Shown here piece by piece: positions 37,222 through 47,613 of a stretch of 64,000 nucleotides of DNA (position 1 is the stretch's first letter; every line of letters begins with the position of its first letter). A program made the position numbers and the translations under genes. Source of the DNA: Spirochaetia bacterium (lineage in GTDB: Bacteria; Spirochaetota; Spirochaetia; DSM-2461); contig OY764216.1 of NCBI GenBank assembly GCA_963668315.1, positions 1,216,001-1,280,000 on the forward strand, in the 5' to 3' direction. The notes under the pieces were generated by a model. That model was not told the origin of the DNA. It was given only the letters and a program-made list of their open reading frames with translations, and did not search any database.

Positions 37222-40200
37222 GACGTATTATCCGGATTTCGGCGAAGGGCCCGCGGAAGGGAGAAGCTCTCTCTTCTGGGCCTGGAATGGCAAATTGGAA
37301 GAAAGTGAGCTCACCAGACAGATCCATGAGTTTGATAAAGCGGGCTTTCGCGGTTTTTTCATGCATTCCCGCGATGGTCTTGAAACTCCCTATCTGGGGG
37401 ATGAGTGGGATGGGTGCGTAAAGCACTGCGCGGAAGAGGCGGATAAGCTGGGAATGCAGGCCTGGCTCTATGATGAGGACCGCTGGCCTTCGGGAAGCTG
37501 CGGGGGGAAAATCTCCTCTCTGGAAGGGGGGAAGTATGCCTTGAAGGGGCTGACCCTGGAAGTTCGTCCGGAGAAAGAGTGGACGTCCCAGGGCGAGACG
37601 CCTGATTTCCGGGCAGCCTATGCCGCGAAAATAGGGGGGCACGAAATTGCGGCCTGCAGAAGGCTCCCCCGGGGGGAGGATGAGGTCTTGGCACCGGAAG
37701 AGACTCTGCTTATTGTCCGTTTTGAAACCTCAGGCGGTTCGGAATGGTTTAACGGTTCGCCTCCTCCCGACAATCTGAATTACGATACGGTTCGGACGTT
37801 TATAGAGTCCACTCACGAGCACTATGAGTCATATCTGAAACCCTATTTCGGTAATACCGTTCCCGGCATATTCACCGATGAACCGAGTCTGGCTGACAGG
37901 CATGCCTCCTTCCCCGCGACAAGAGGGTGGATCCCCTGGTCTTTCGGGATGGAGGAGTTCTACCATAGCCTCGGATACGGCGATATTTACGATAAGCTTC
38001 CCTATTTCTATTTCCATGGTTCCGAGAGCCCGCAGATCCGGTTTCGTTACTGGCGCTGCCTGGCTCTTCGCTTTGAGAAATCCTATTCTCAACAGATCGG
38101 GGATTGGTGCAGGGAGGCGGGACTCAAGTTTTCCGGCCATTACCTGCAGGAAGACAAAACAGGATTGGCCACCAGGGTCAATGGTTCTGTCATGCCCCAT
38201 TATACCCATGAGGATATTCCCGGTGTCGATTTACTTACGGAGAAAACCGATGAGTATCTGACGGTGAAACAGTGCAGCAGCGTAGTGAATCAATATGGCA
38301 AGGAAGGACTTATCGCTGAGACCTATGCCGCGACCGGATGGGATTTCTCCCTGGAGGGAATGAAGTGGATAGGTGACTGGGAGTATGCGCTGGGTGTGAC
38401 CCAGAGATGCCTCCACTTGTCGCTTTACAGTCTGAAGGGAGAGAGGAAAAGGGATTATCCCCCCAGTTTTCTGGATCACAATCCTATCTGGCCTCTCATG
38501 AAACCCCTAGAGGACTATTTCTCCCGTCTTTCTTATATTCTCAAGCAGGGTAGGGTTCTCCGAAATGTTCTTTTCATACACCCATCAGGGTCTGTCTGGA
38601 CGGAAATGGGGTGCAGCCCCTACGGAAATCCCGTCAGGAACGAGGAGAGAGATGTTCCGCGTCTCGATGATGTGGGCTACCGGCTCAATGATACTCTGGC
38701 TTATCTATGCCGGAGGGGGCGTGATTGTGACCTGGGCGACGAAACTCTCCTTGCCCGAGACGGTCGGGCTGACGGGGGCAGACTAAGAGTGGGGCGGGCC
38801 GAATATTCGATCGTTGTGCTGCCTGAACTGAAGTCTCTTTATCGGTCAACCTTGAAAATCCTGAGAGAATTTGTTCATCAGGGTGGTTCTCTTGTCATTA
38901 CGGGAGAGTCTCCCCATCTGATCGAAGGAGAAAGGAGTGAAGAGCTGGAAGACTTCTTGCGCCATGTGAATCTTATCCACTGCTCGTCCCGGGAGAGTCT
39001 GCAGAACAAGCTGAATTCTCTTGATCCGCCTCTTTTCACCTTATATACCCCGGAGGGCTCCCTCTCCACTTCCTTTGTAACCCAACTAAGACTCGATGGA
39101 GACAGGCTGATTCTCTTCATGGCTAATAACGAGAGAGATAAAGCGGTTGGTACGGAGTTGTGTTTTCATGGGAGCGGATCTTTGCATGAAGCAGATCTCC
39201 TATCCGGAGAGTTCCGGGAGGTTCCTTCAACGCGGACTGAAAGAGGCCATGTCTCCCTTTCCCTGGAGGTGGAAGCCTGTGGTTCCCGGCTTTTTATTCT
39301 CGATCAATCATCCCGTTCGGCACTACCGGACGAAAGGATTCCCCATGGAGAACTCACTGCCGATTCGCTCCTTCCGGGGGATGAGTCCATTCCCGCAGAA
39401 GTGCATAGTCCCAATCAGCTTGTCCTTGATTATGCCCGATATACCTTAGGGGATAGTCAGAAAGAAGAGGGAGAGGGATTCATATGGCTTGTTAACCGGG
39501 AAGTAAGGGATAAGCTTTCCATGAGACAGGTCGACGGGGGAGAAGTCATTCAGCGCTATCTATGGGTAGATGAACCCCACCGAAACAATGGAACTCCGCT
39601 GAAGCTGTATTTTTCATTTGCCGTAGATGTTATCCCTGAAGGGGATATGTGGCTTAGTCTGGAAGAAGCCCGGGAATTTTCCATAAAAATAAACGGAGTT
39701 CCCCTGGCGGGAGAACCGGTCAGGTCATCCCTGTTCCGGGACCAGGAGATGTATCTTCTTTCTGGTCTGAAGACCGGGCATAACGAGCTGGAACTGTCAT
39801 GTCTTTTCAAAGAAAACATAACACTGGACTCGGTTTATATTCTGGGGAATATTGGTGTTTCTGAGGAAAGGGCGATCATTGCTCCTCCGGTGAAGCTGAA
39901 CTATGGAGATTGGACGAAACAGGGTCTTTTTCATTATGCGGGATGCGTAAGTTACCATTACGAGAGGGACGTGGCAAGGGATGTGAAATCCGTTTCTCTC
40001 GTGCTTGGCAAGTGGGAAGGCCTGGGAATGGAAATTATCTGTAATGGGGAAAATTACTCCGTTCTATGGAAAGGACAGAATGAAATTGATATATCAAAAT
40101 CCATAAAGAAAGGGGAGAGTAACAAGTTTGAAATCAAAATTTACGGAAGCCAGAGAAATCTCCTCGGTCCCCTCCATAAGGAAGAGAAAGCCGGATCCTT

Positions 40201-40306
40201 TATCAATCCCCAGTTTTTTTTACCGGAGAAAGACCAGTTGTCTGTGAAATACTTAACCCGCCCGTATGGATTGTTTGAAGAACCCATACTGCATATTCGT
40301 ATTTAA
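37211..40306 (+). CDS. Large glycoside hydrolase, GH106 (alpha-L-rhamnosidase)-like
   Basis: FWAWNG, GFFMHSRDGL, WLYDEDRWPSG, GIFTDEP, RKRDYPPS. Confidence 0.75.
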   Translation: MSVRTYYPDFGEGPAEGRSSLFWAWNGKLEESELTRQIHEFDKAGFRGFFMHSRDGLETPYLGDEWDGCVKHCAEEADKLGMQAWLYDEDRWPSGSCGGKISSLEGGKYALKGLTLEVRPEKEWTSQGETPDFRAAYAAKIGGHEIAACRRLPRGEDEVLAPEETLLIVRFETSGGSEWFNGSPPPDNLNYDTVRTFIESTHEHYESYLKPYFGNTVPGIFTDEPSLADRHASFPATRGWIPWSFGMEEFYHSLGYGDIYDKLPYFYFHGSESPQIRFRYWRCLALRFEKSYSQQIGDWCREAGLKFSGHYLQEDKTGLATRVNGSVMPHYTHEDIPGVDLLTEKTDEYLTVKQCSSVVNQYGKEGLIAETYAATGWDFSLEGMKWIGDWEYALGVTQRCLHLSLYSLKGERKRDYPPSFLDHNPIWPLMKPLEDYFSRLSYILKQGRVLRNVLFIHPSGSVWTEMGCSPYGNPVRNEERDVPRLDDVGYRLNDTLAYLCRRGRDCDLGDETLLARDGRADGGRLRVGRAEYSIVVLPELKSLYRSTLKILREFVHQGGSLVITGESPHLIEGERSEELEDFLRHVNLIHCSSRESLQNKLNSLDPPLFTLYTPEGSLSTSFVTQLRLDGDRLILFMANNERDKAVGTELCFHGSGSLHEADLLSGEFREVPSTRTERGHVSLSLEVEACGSRLFILDQSSRSALPDERIPHGELTADSLLPGDESIPAEVHSPNQLVLDYARYTLGDSQKEEGEGFIWLVNREVRDKLSMRQVDGGEVIQRYLWVDEPHRNNGTPLKLYFSFAVDVIPEGDMWLSLEEAREFSIKINGVPLAGEPVRSSLFRDQEMYLLSGLKTGHNELELSCLFKENITLDSVYILGNIGVSEERAIIAPPVKLNYGDWTKQGLFHYAGCVSYHYERDVARDVKSVSLVLGKWEGLGMEIICNGENYSVLWKGQNEIDISKSIKKGESNKFEIKIYGSQRNLLGPLHKEEKAGSFINPQFFLPEKDQLSVKYLTRPYGLFEEPILHIRI

Positions 40307-40489
40307 TCAGAGTCCGGTCACTTCATGAGTGTTGGCGGCCTGTAGGTCGGGTAAGGAAGCTCAGATAGGGAAAATCTTCTTATCCATGATCTATAATGCC
40401 GCCATGATCCAGGAGAGTAGCCCTCTTGCCCTTTCGCCGGGGGCTGCCATTGAAGGAGAGTCTTTTTAGGGAGAACTCCTTAACTCTCC

Positions 40490-41629
40490 TTAGCTGCCTG
40501 ATCTCTTTACTCCGCATACATATCTCAATAAGGGGCATGTCTCAATGACAAACTTATAGAACAGGGCAAATATGACATAAGTGCCGATAACCCCTATGGC
40601 GAAAATAGAGTAGGGCGCGAGTGAGGTTTTCAATAGAAAATACATAACAACATTTAATAGGGAATAATGGAAAATATAGAGGGAAAAGGAGGATCGGGAG
40701 AGATAAGCATGGATTTTCCCTCCCCTGTCCAATTTCCACTCTCCCAAAGCGATAAGGAGCTTTACCCAGGAGTATTCCGCGACCCCATGGACCGCGGCAA
40801 GAATCACCTTATATCCATAGGGATGGCCCTTGTAAAGCGGGATCCGTCCGCCCCCCTCTATCATGGAGCGGTTAAGGATGAAGAAAATTATGGATGCTCC
40901 CAGACAGAGGACGAGTTGAGCGAATATCTTTGGGCGGTTCGGCTTATGTATGGCATAGATATAGCCCAAAAGGAAAAAAGTCAGATAGACGGTGAAATTC
41001 GCCCAGTCGGCATACAGGTTTTGATGACCGGGGAAGAATGGTCTGAAAATCATTTCAAGGAGAACAACAAGAAGCAAAGGCAGCAGCGAATGCTTCGCGA
41101 GAAAAACACTTATCTGCGTTTCATATTTCTCTCTGTCTTTTATGCAGCTTACGCACGCAATGAGAATAAGGGAATAGACAAAAAGGTAGGCCAAAAACCA
41201 GAAATGCCCCCATCCCAAATATTTATCGGTAAATCCCCTGAAGAATTCAGGATAAAAATGGAGGAGATTCCCTCTGAAGCTTCCTGTATTTTTAACCATA
41301 AGGAATGCGCTTAGAGGGCAAAGAAAGATACAGCCGAATAAGAGCGGGACGAGAAGCTTTTGTACCCTTTCTTTGAGAAACTGTTTTTTCGATCGTTTTT
41401 TCAAAGAATGATATGTGGAGAATCCGGAGACAAAAAAAAGGAGCCTCATGAACCATAGATTGAGAAAGGTTGATTGAATGGTAAAATACAGGGAGCCTAT
41501 AGGTTCCCCGGTTTGTACGTAGGAATCCCCCAGGTGGGAAAACGTTATAGCCCCGTGGTGCGGCACCAGAAGAATTACAGCGACAATACGAAGCCAGTCG
41601 ATATACATTACCCTTTTATCATTATTCAC
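40490..41629 (-). CDS. Acyltransferase-3 family (MdoC/OpgC-like)
   Basis: IDWLR-x10-H, MRLLFFVSG, ERVQKLLVP, HFWFLAYL, YIFH. Confidence 0.87.
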   Translation of the reverse strand: MNNDKRVMYIDWLRIVAVILLVPHHGAITFSHLGDSYVQTGEPIGSLYFTIQSTFLNLWFMRLLFFVSGFSTYHSLKKRSKKQFLKERVQKLLVPLLFGCIFLCPLSAFLMVKNTGSFRGNLLHFYPEFFRGFTDKYLGWGHFWFLAYLFVYSLILIACVSCIKDREKYETQISVFLAKHSLLPLLLVVLLEMIFRPFFPGHQNLYADWANFTVYLTFFLLGYIYAIHKPNRPKIFAQLVLCLGASIIFFILNRSMIEGGGRIPLYKGHPYGYKVILAAVHGVAEYSWVKLLIALGEWKLDRGGKIHAYLSRSSFSLYIFHYSLLNVVMYFLLKTSLAPYSIFAIGVIGTYVIFALFYKFVIETCPLLRYVCGVKRSGS

Positions 41630-41653
41630 ATTTTCCTCCCATGAGACTTCATT

Positions 41654-41670
41654 ATGAATGAATCATTCGT
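41654..41670. promoter_or_regulatory. Putative TetR operator upstream of the acyltransferase
   Basis: ATGAATGA-A-TCATTCGT, one arm mismatch relative to the palindrome at 42372. Confidence 0.65.
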
Positions 41671-41691
41671 TCATTCTCTTTCTAAAAAAAA

Positions 41692-42360
41692 TTACGATCT
41701 ATAGGCGTTAACGATGTTATCCATACAAATCCTCTTGGAATCCTCCCGGGAGATATCCATTACCTCAAAGGAGGAATATCTAAAATCCATAGCCCAGCTG
41801 GATAGAATCTCTATAATCATTACCGCCGTTAGTTCTATCGATTCCAAAGGCCGAATCTCTTTCTTTTCCCAATAAACGGACAAGTACTGTTTAACCGTCA
41901 GAATAAATGTTTTCCGATAGTCCATATAATATCCGTATAGGCTTCCCACATCGGAAGGGTTTTTCTCGATCATAAGGCAAATGAGAGAATATTTGTAAAG
42001 CATATCAAAGGTATCAGATATGAAACTATCAAAGGGGTAGTCCTTTGCCCTATCTTTCAGATGCATGGAATACTCAGAAGAGGTCCTATCGAAATGATTC
42101 TGAACCTTCTCATCCAAATGCATAAAAAAGTCCTTCGTCACGGGTGTTTCCCTCTCTTTTCCCAGGAGTCCCCCGTCTATGGAGCATAGGATTATATAGT
42201 TTTTGATCTCTTCCTTGCTGGCAAAGTCATGATAGACGGTTCCCACGGAAATCCCCACGTCCCTGGCTATATGCTGTATTTGAGTCCTGCCGTAACCTTG
42301 TCTGATAAAAAGGGCTGCGGCGGCATCATGTATGGCCCTTAATCTGTTCTCCATCACCAA
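41692..42360 (-). CDS. TetR/AcrR family regulator
   Basis: LFIRQGYGRTQIQHIARDVGISVGTVYHDFASKEEI HTH. Confidence 0.92.
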   Translation of the reverse strand: MVMENRLRAIHDAAAALFIRQGYGRTQIQHIARDVGISVGTVYHDFASKEEIKNYIILCSIDGGLLGKERETPVTKDFFMHLDEKVQNHFDRTSSEYSMHLKDRAKDYPFDSFISDTFDMLYKYSLICLMIEKNPSDVGSLYGYYMDYRKTFILTVKQYLSVYWEKKEIRPLESIELTAVMIIEILSSWAMDFRYSSFEVMDISREDSKRICMDNIVNAYRS

Positions 42361-42371
42361 CCTTCAACAAA

Positions 42372-42388
42372 ATGAATGATTCATTCAT
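42372..42388. promoter_or_regulatory. Putative TetR autoregulatory operator
   Basis: Perfect palindrome ATGAATGA-T-TCATTCAT immediately upstream of tetR. Confidence 0.7.
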
Positions 42389-42613
42389 ATCATATGGCAT
42401 GGGAAACAAAAGGTCAACTGGGCAGCCTCAATAAGAGGCTTTTCTTTCAATCCCCGATCTTGGCTTGGAATTGAGTCGGCGGATCTCCCGGTACCCGCTT
42501 GAACGCCCGGGAAAAATGGAACTGGCAGGGAGTCCTGGATAGTAGGCTGGAACCCTGTCGGACTCTTATCTGAGGGATATGAAAACAGGGACGTCAGCCA
42601 GATGGCAGACCAT

Positions 42614-42647
42614 AAAAAAAGCGGCACCGATGTCTTCCGTGCCGCTT
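42614..42647 (-). terminator. Rho-independent terminator of the pot operon
   Basis: Minus strand AAGCGGCAC...GTGCCGC-TTTTTTT. Confidence 0.8.
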
Positions 42648-42668
42648 GTCTTTCTATGGCTGTGACGA

Positions 42669-43721
42669 CTACTTAACCTGGGCGTCCTTCACTTCTTCCC
42701 ACATTCTGCTGTAGAGGGCGTTGGCCTCGCCCGGATCGCGATACACTTCGGCCGTGGCGATGGTCTCTTCGGGGATGAAGATGGCCGGGTCGTTCAGAAC
42801 CGATTCGTCGAGCAGAGCGTAGGAGGGCTTCACCGGGGCCAGGTAGCAGATGAAGGCGGTGTTTTTGGCCGCTTCTTCAGCACCGAGCATGAAATTGATG
42901 AACTTGTAAGCCGCTTCAGGATGGGGGGCGCTTTTGGGAATGACCATGCACTCAACATTCAGGGCAACCCCCTCTTTGGGGAGCATGTACTTCACGTCGT
43001 CGTTTTCCTGCTGGGCCTGAAGCACTACGCCGGAATAGCCGTGGGAGACGGAGAATTCCCGGCTGGCAAGACCGTTCTTGTAGAGCTCGCTGTCCCATTT
43101 GGCCAGGTTCTTCTTCCAGGCGATCAGCTGATCCCGGGCCTGGGCCAGTTCCTTCTCATCGGTGGAATTGAGGGAGTGGCCGCCGTACTTCAGAGCGGCG
43201 CCCATGGCTTCGCGCATGTCGTTGAGCATGGTCATCCGTCCGGCGAATCGGCTGTCTCCGAATATGTCCCAGGAAATCTCGTCCAGATCGCCCAGCTGGG
43301 ACTTGAGGATGCCGATGCCCGTGGTGCTTACCGTATAGAGGACGCTGTACTGGCTCTTGTTGTCCAGGGCCAGCTTGACGAATTCCGGGTCCAGATTGGA
43401 CAGGTTGGGAATCTTGGAGTGGTCCAGATCGGTGAGCATGCCGCTCGAATGCATGATCTCTACCATGTAGGCGCTGGGAATGATGATGTCGTATCCATCG
43501 GCTCCGGCCTGCATTTTCGCGAACATGGTCTCGTTCGTGTCGAAGTAATCGGTCACGACCTGGATACCCGTCTCCTCGGTGAACTGAGTCAGAAGACTGT
43601 CATCCAGGAAATCGCACCAGTTGTACAGAAAAAGAGTTTCCTTCTCCTTGGAGGAACATCCGGTAAAAAACAGGGGAACAGTCACAGCAAGAACTGCACA
43701 CCAGATTACGTATCTTTTCAT
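42669..43721 (-). CDS. potD: Spermidine/putrescine ABC substrate-binding lipoprotein
   Basis: LYNWCDF, FTEETGI.V, YDIIIPSAY, AYKFINF. Lipobox FTGC. Start moved to 43721, overlapping the potC stop. Confidence 0.9.
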   Translation of the reverse strand: MKRYVIWCAVLAVTVPLFFTGCSSKEKETLFLYNWCDFLDDSLLTQFTEETGIQVVTDYFDTNETMFAKMQAGADGYDIIIPSAYMVEIMHSSGMLTDLDHSKIPNLSNLDPEFVKLALDNKSQYSVLYTVSTTGIGILKSQLGDLDEISWDIFGDSRFAGRMTMLNDMREAMGAALKYGGHSLNSTDEKELAQARDQLIAWKKNLAKWDSELYKNGLASREFSVSHGYSGVVLQAQQENDDVKYMLPKEGVALNVECMVIPKSAPHPEAAYKFINFMLGAEEAAKNTAFICYLAPVKPSYALLDESVLNDPAIFIPEETIATAEVYRDPGEANALYSRMWEEVKDAQVK

Positions 43722-44491
43722 TTCATAGATCTCCTTGAAAAGCGTTGATAAATCAGCAGTAACGTGAACGTTACGGAAATGAGTATGGTAGAGAGGGCGT
43801 TGATCACCGGAGGGGTTCCGAAGCGGATCATGCTGTAGATCTGGACGGGCAGAGTGGAGGAGCCGGGTCCGGAAATAAAGAAGGTGATCACGAAGTCGTC
43901 CAGGGAGAGAGTCATGGCCAGCATGGCCCCCGAAAGGATGCCCGGAGCCAGCAGGGGCAGATAAATCCGGTGAAAGGTATCCCATATCCCGGCGCCCAGG
44001 TCCTGGGCCGCCTCGACCACGGCGTAGTCGAAGTTCTGAAACTGGGCCCGCACGGTGGAGGCCACATAACTCATGGTAAAGGTCACGTGCCCCAGAATGA
44101 TGGTGAAAAGGCCCAGCGGTATCTTCAGGGTGATGAAAAAGAGGAGCAAGCCTATTCCCATGAGAATATCCGGCATCATAAGGGGAAGCCTCAACAGGGC
44201 GGCATGGGCTTTCTGCAGGCGTGACTCGTACCGGGCTATGACCACTCCCGCCAGTGAACCCAGGATCGTGGAGATCGCGACGGAGCTGAAGGTGACGATG
44301 ACCGTATTGGTAAAGGACCGGGCGATGCTCCGGTCATGGAAGAGCTTTGTGTACCACTTGAGGGAGAACCCCTCCCAGACGGCCGAGAAACGGGACGCAT
44401 TGAAGGAGTTTATCACCAGAATTATCAGAGGGATATAGAGAAAGACGAAGGTGGCGTAGAGAATGACCTTGGGAAGACCGGGTTTTTTCAC
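43718..44491 (-). CDS. potC: Spermidine/putrescine ABC permease
   Basis: FLYIPL, GFSLKWY, EAAQDLGA, SLDDFVITFF. Confidence 0.92.
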   Translation of the reverse strand: MKKPGLPKVILYATFVFLYIPLIILVINSFNASRFSAVWEGFSLKWYTKLFHDRSIARSFTNTVIVTFSSVAISTILGSLAGVVIARYESRLQKAHAALLRLPLMMPDILMGIGLLLFFITLKIPLGLFTIILGHVTFTMSYVASTVRAQFQNFDYAVVEAAQDLGAGIWDTFHRIYLPLLAPGILSGAMLAMTLSLDDFVITFFISGPGSSTLPVQIYSMIRFGTPPVINALSTILISVTFTLLLIYQRFSRRSMK

Positions 44492-45336
44492 AGGAGTTCC
44501 ACCTCTTTCTTGTTCCCCGCCCGGTGGAAGAGGGAGATGACCGTGGGGAGGAGAATGAACATGAGCAGGATGGAGGAGAGGGCCGCCGCTTTGGGCAGGT
44601 TCCGGTCTATGAAAACCCGGTGGGCTATTTTATTTCCCAGCATTTCGCTGGTAGGGCCGCCCACGATTTCCGGTATGACATAGCTGCCCAGGGCGGGGAT
44701 GAAAACGATAAGCACCGCATTGACTATGCCCGCTTTGATGCCGGGCAGGTAGATCCGGAATATCTGCTGCCACATGCCGGCTCCCAGATCCCGGCCCGCT
44801 TCCAGAAGGGCAAAATCGAACTTGGCTGCGGCGCTGTAGAGGGGAAGCACGGCGAAGGGAAGGTAGGCGTAGACGAGGACCAGCAGGACCGATCCTTCCC
44901 TATAGAGCAGAGTGGCGTCGGGTGCCACGATCCCCAGGAACACCAGGGCCGTTTTGAGAAATCCGTCGGGATGAAGGATGACCTTCCAGGCGTAGATGCG
45001 GATAAGAAAATTCGTCCAGAAGGGGAGAATCAGCAGAAGAATGCATTTCTGCTGGCCCTTCCAGTCCATGCGGGCCATGGCGTAGGAGGAAGGCAGCCCG
45101 ACAAGGAGGCAGATGAGAGTCGTCAGAACACTCAGGCGCAGGGTGCGGTAGATAACGGGGCCGTAGGAGACCAGATTCAGTTCTGCATAGGCCTTGAGAG
45201 TCCAGGTTTTCACTATCTCCCCATAGACATCCACCGCCTTGAAGCTGATAAGCGCGATCAGCAGGGAGGGAATGAGGAAGAGAATTATCATCCAGAGAAG
45301 AGAGGGCAGGGTAATGAAAGCTTCCCTGCTCTTCAT
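44488..45336 (-). CDS. potB: Spermidine/putrescine ABC permease
   Basis: LPFWTNFLIRIYAW, YLPFAVLPLY, EAGRDLGA. Confidence 0.92.
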   Translation of the reverse strand: MKSREAFITLPSLLWMIILFLIPSLLIALISFKAVDVYGEIVKTWTLKAYAELNLVSYGPVIYRTLRLSVLTTLICLLVGLPSSYAMARMDWKGQQKCILLLILPFWTNFLIRIYAWKVILHPDGFLKTALVFLGIVAPDATLLYREGSVLLVLVYAYLPFAVLPLYSAAAKFDFALLEAGRDLGAGMWQQIFRIYLPGIKAGIVNAVLIVFIPALGSYVIPEIVGGPTSEMLGNKIAHRVFIDRNLPKAAALSSILLMFILLPTVISLFHRAGNKKEVELL

Positions 45337-46517
45337 TCCTCCGCCTCCGGTTCGCTGTCCTCTTCGATCTCCACATCGGGATTGGTCAGCAGCGCTTCGT
45401 CAATCTCCCGGTATTTATGGAGCATGAAACCGTCGTCTCCGTGCCAGGAGAGCCAGATCCTATCCTCCTTGGCCACGGATTTTTCATCTTCCATGAAGTG
45501 GGTATGGGAATCGGCCGCCATCAGAAGCCACTCTCCGCAGCGGACCCAGTACTTGGTCTGATGACCCAGATAAACCAGATCCTCCACCGTGCCCTGTACC
45601 ACATTCAGTTTATCTTCTCTGGCCACTTCGGTGCGGGATATGAGAATCTTCTCGGGCCGGACCGAAAGATAGACCAGGTCCTTCTCTTCCCGGGGCTGAT
45701 CGTTGTAGCACCAGATGTCGGGAAGACCGTTGATCTCCAGGAGGGAGTGCTTTCCGTCTTCCGTCCGGGATTTAACGGTTCCTTCCAGAAAGTTCGTGTC
45801 TCCGATAAAGGCGGCGGTAAAGCTGGATTTGGGACTCTCGTAGATCTGTATGGGTGTTCCGACCTGTTCTATCTTACCACCGTTCATGACGGCGATATGG
45901 TCGGAGAGGCTCATAGCCTCCCCCTGGTCGTGGGTGACGTAAAGGAAGGTGATGCCCACCTCGTCGTGGATATTGTCCAGTTCGATAAGCATTTTCTGGC
46001 GGAGCTTCAGATCCAGGGCGGCCAGAGGTTCGTCGAGGAGGAGAAGCAGCGGCTTATTGATAACCGCCCGGGCGATAGCCACCCTCTGCTTCTGACCCCC
46101 GGACAGCTCGGCCGGAATCTTATCGGCCTGATCGGCTATCTGGAAGAGGTCCAGCACCCGGTCAACTTCCCTTTCTATGGTTTTCTTATCAGTCCGGGAT
46201 ACGGTGAGGCTGAAGGCGATATTTTTCCTCACCGTCATATGGGGAAAGAGGGCGTAATTCTGAAAGACCGTGTTTACGGGGCGCTTGGTCGCAGGGAGCG
46301 ATGTGATATCCCGACCATTCAGGATCACTTTTCCCTTATCGGGCGTTTCAAGGCCGGCGCAGATACGCAGAAGAGTCGTCTTGCCGCAGCCGGACGGACC
46401 AAGGAGGCTGAAGACTTCTCCCTGGTTTACGGTTAAATTCAAATCATTAACAACGGGAACATCTCCGAACGATTTGGAGATTCCCTCAAAAACCAGAAAG
46501 TCTTTCAACGGCGACAA
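45333..46517 (-). CDS. potA: Spermidine/putrescine ABC ATP-binding protein
   Basis: GPSGCGKT, VNTVFQNYALFPH, LSGGQKQR, LDEPL.ALDLKLR. Confidence 0.93.
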   Translation of the reverse strand: MSPLKDFLVFEGISKSFGDVPVVNDLNLTVNQGEVFSLLGPSGCGKTTLLRICAGLETPDKGKVILNGRDITSLPATKRPVNTVFQNYALFPHMTVRKNIAFSLTVSRTDKKTIEREVDRVLDLFQIADQADKIPAELSGGQKQRVAIARAVINKPLLLLLDEPLAALDLKLRQKMLIELDNIHDEVGITFLYVTHDQGEAMSLSDHIAVMNGGKIEQVGTPIQIYESPKSSFTAAFIGDTNFLEGTVKSRTEDGKHSLLEINGLPDIWCYNDQPREEKDLVYLSVRPEKILISRTEVAREDKLNVVQGTVEDLVYLGHQTKYWVRCGEWLLMAADSHTHFMEDEKSVAKEDRIWLSWHGDDGFMLHKYREIDEALLTNPDVEIEEDSEPEAEE

Positions 46518-46718
46518 TCCTCGATTTCCTATTAAACTGTTAGTTGCATATTAAGCATATCTGACCGGATATATCAATATTTTTTCTGCCCGTTTTTTCT
46601 TTTTTTTTACCCCTCTTTTTTTTCTGCGGGGATCTTTCTTTTAGGGAAGAATTTAATAATGGCTGCAGGGGTAATAAAGGGTAGATGTTTATTTAATAGA
46701 CGTGTGATTCCGGGGTCG

Positions 46719-47474
46719 TCATTCATGGAGATTCAGGCTCATTATCCGGTCATAGGTCCCATCGGCGATGATGGCCCTGAGTCCCCGGTTGAAATCGGCT
46801 CTTCTCTCATGGGAACCGGCTATGTCCCTGGGAAAACAGTTGTAATATTCGAACTCCGCCAGAGGTTTCTCCAGGGCGACGATTTCGCCCCTGTATTCGG
46901 GATATTTCCTGTTGATTTTATCGATGACGGAGAACTTCAGCCCCACGAACATATCTATGCGTCCGGCGATAAGCTGAGCTATGCTCTGGTCCCATTCCGT
47001 CACATTCAGTATCTCAAATTCCACGCCCTCCAGGGCGGGGGGAATCCAGCCTCCCCGGATATAGCCTATCCTGTATTTCATGAAATCATCTGTGTCCAGG
47101 GGAATCCCGCTGTTTTTCAAGGTGAACATAAGCATCTGTGTTTTCCCTACCAGGTCGGAGTAGAGCAGTTTCTCCGCCCTGGCATCTGTATAGGTGGCGC
47201 CCAGAAGGGCATCGGATGTACCGGTCAGCGCGCTGTTCAGGGCACGGACCCACGGCATATACCGGGTATTTACGGAGTATCCCACCCTTTTAAAGGCTTC
47301 TACCGTTATCTCTTCTATAAAACCGCCCTCCTTTATCGGGTCGGACACAAAGGATATTGTTTTCGGTGAATCTTGCGCATCGCAGATGTAGGAGGGTAAG
47401 AGCAGAAAAAGCAGGAGACACAAAAAAGGATTTATTCTTCCTGTATTCTGTATTGAAATCTCACCGCTTTTCAA
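46719..47474 (-). CDS. Stand-alone family-3 solute-binding domain protein
   Basis: MPWVRAL, YTDARA, L.AGRID, FNRGL..I.ADGTYDRI. Confidence 0.8.
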   Translation of the reverse strand: MKSGEISIQNTGRINPFLCLLLFLLLPSYICDAQDSPKTISFVSDPIKEGGFIEEITVEAFKRVGYSVNTRYMPWVRALNSALTGTSDALLGATYTDARAEKLLYSDLVGKTQMLMFTLKNSGIPLDTDDFMKYRIGYIRGGWIPPALEGVEFEILNVTEWDQSIAQLIAGRIDMFVGLKFSVIDKINRKYPEYRGEIVALEKPLAEFEYYNCFPRDIAGSHERRADFNRGLRAIIADGTYDRIMSLNLHE

Positions 47475-47613
47475 TTTTCTTTCCTGCCATCCATCTCGGG
47501 TTTATCCCGGGGAGCTACTTCTTATTATAATGCAACAATGGGGCAAATGAAAATGAAAACCATCCATTCCGGGAAAGCTTTCCTGTTTCGCAAGGCGATT
47601 GTGAGGCCTTTCC

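Noticed and set aside
42669..43985. 438-aa ORF-track version of potD, and similar N-terminal extensions of the serine hydrolase, marR, GNAT and DGC
   Set aside because: The extensions overlap neighbouring genes or lack an RBS. Internal ATGs with an RBS or stop-start overlap give normal-length proteins.
46579..46643. T-rich homopolymer tracts upstream of potA as possible phase-variation sites
   Set aside because: The runs are short, interrupted and intergenic, consistent with an A-rich promoter-upstream region. No evidence of switching.
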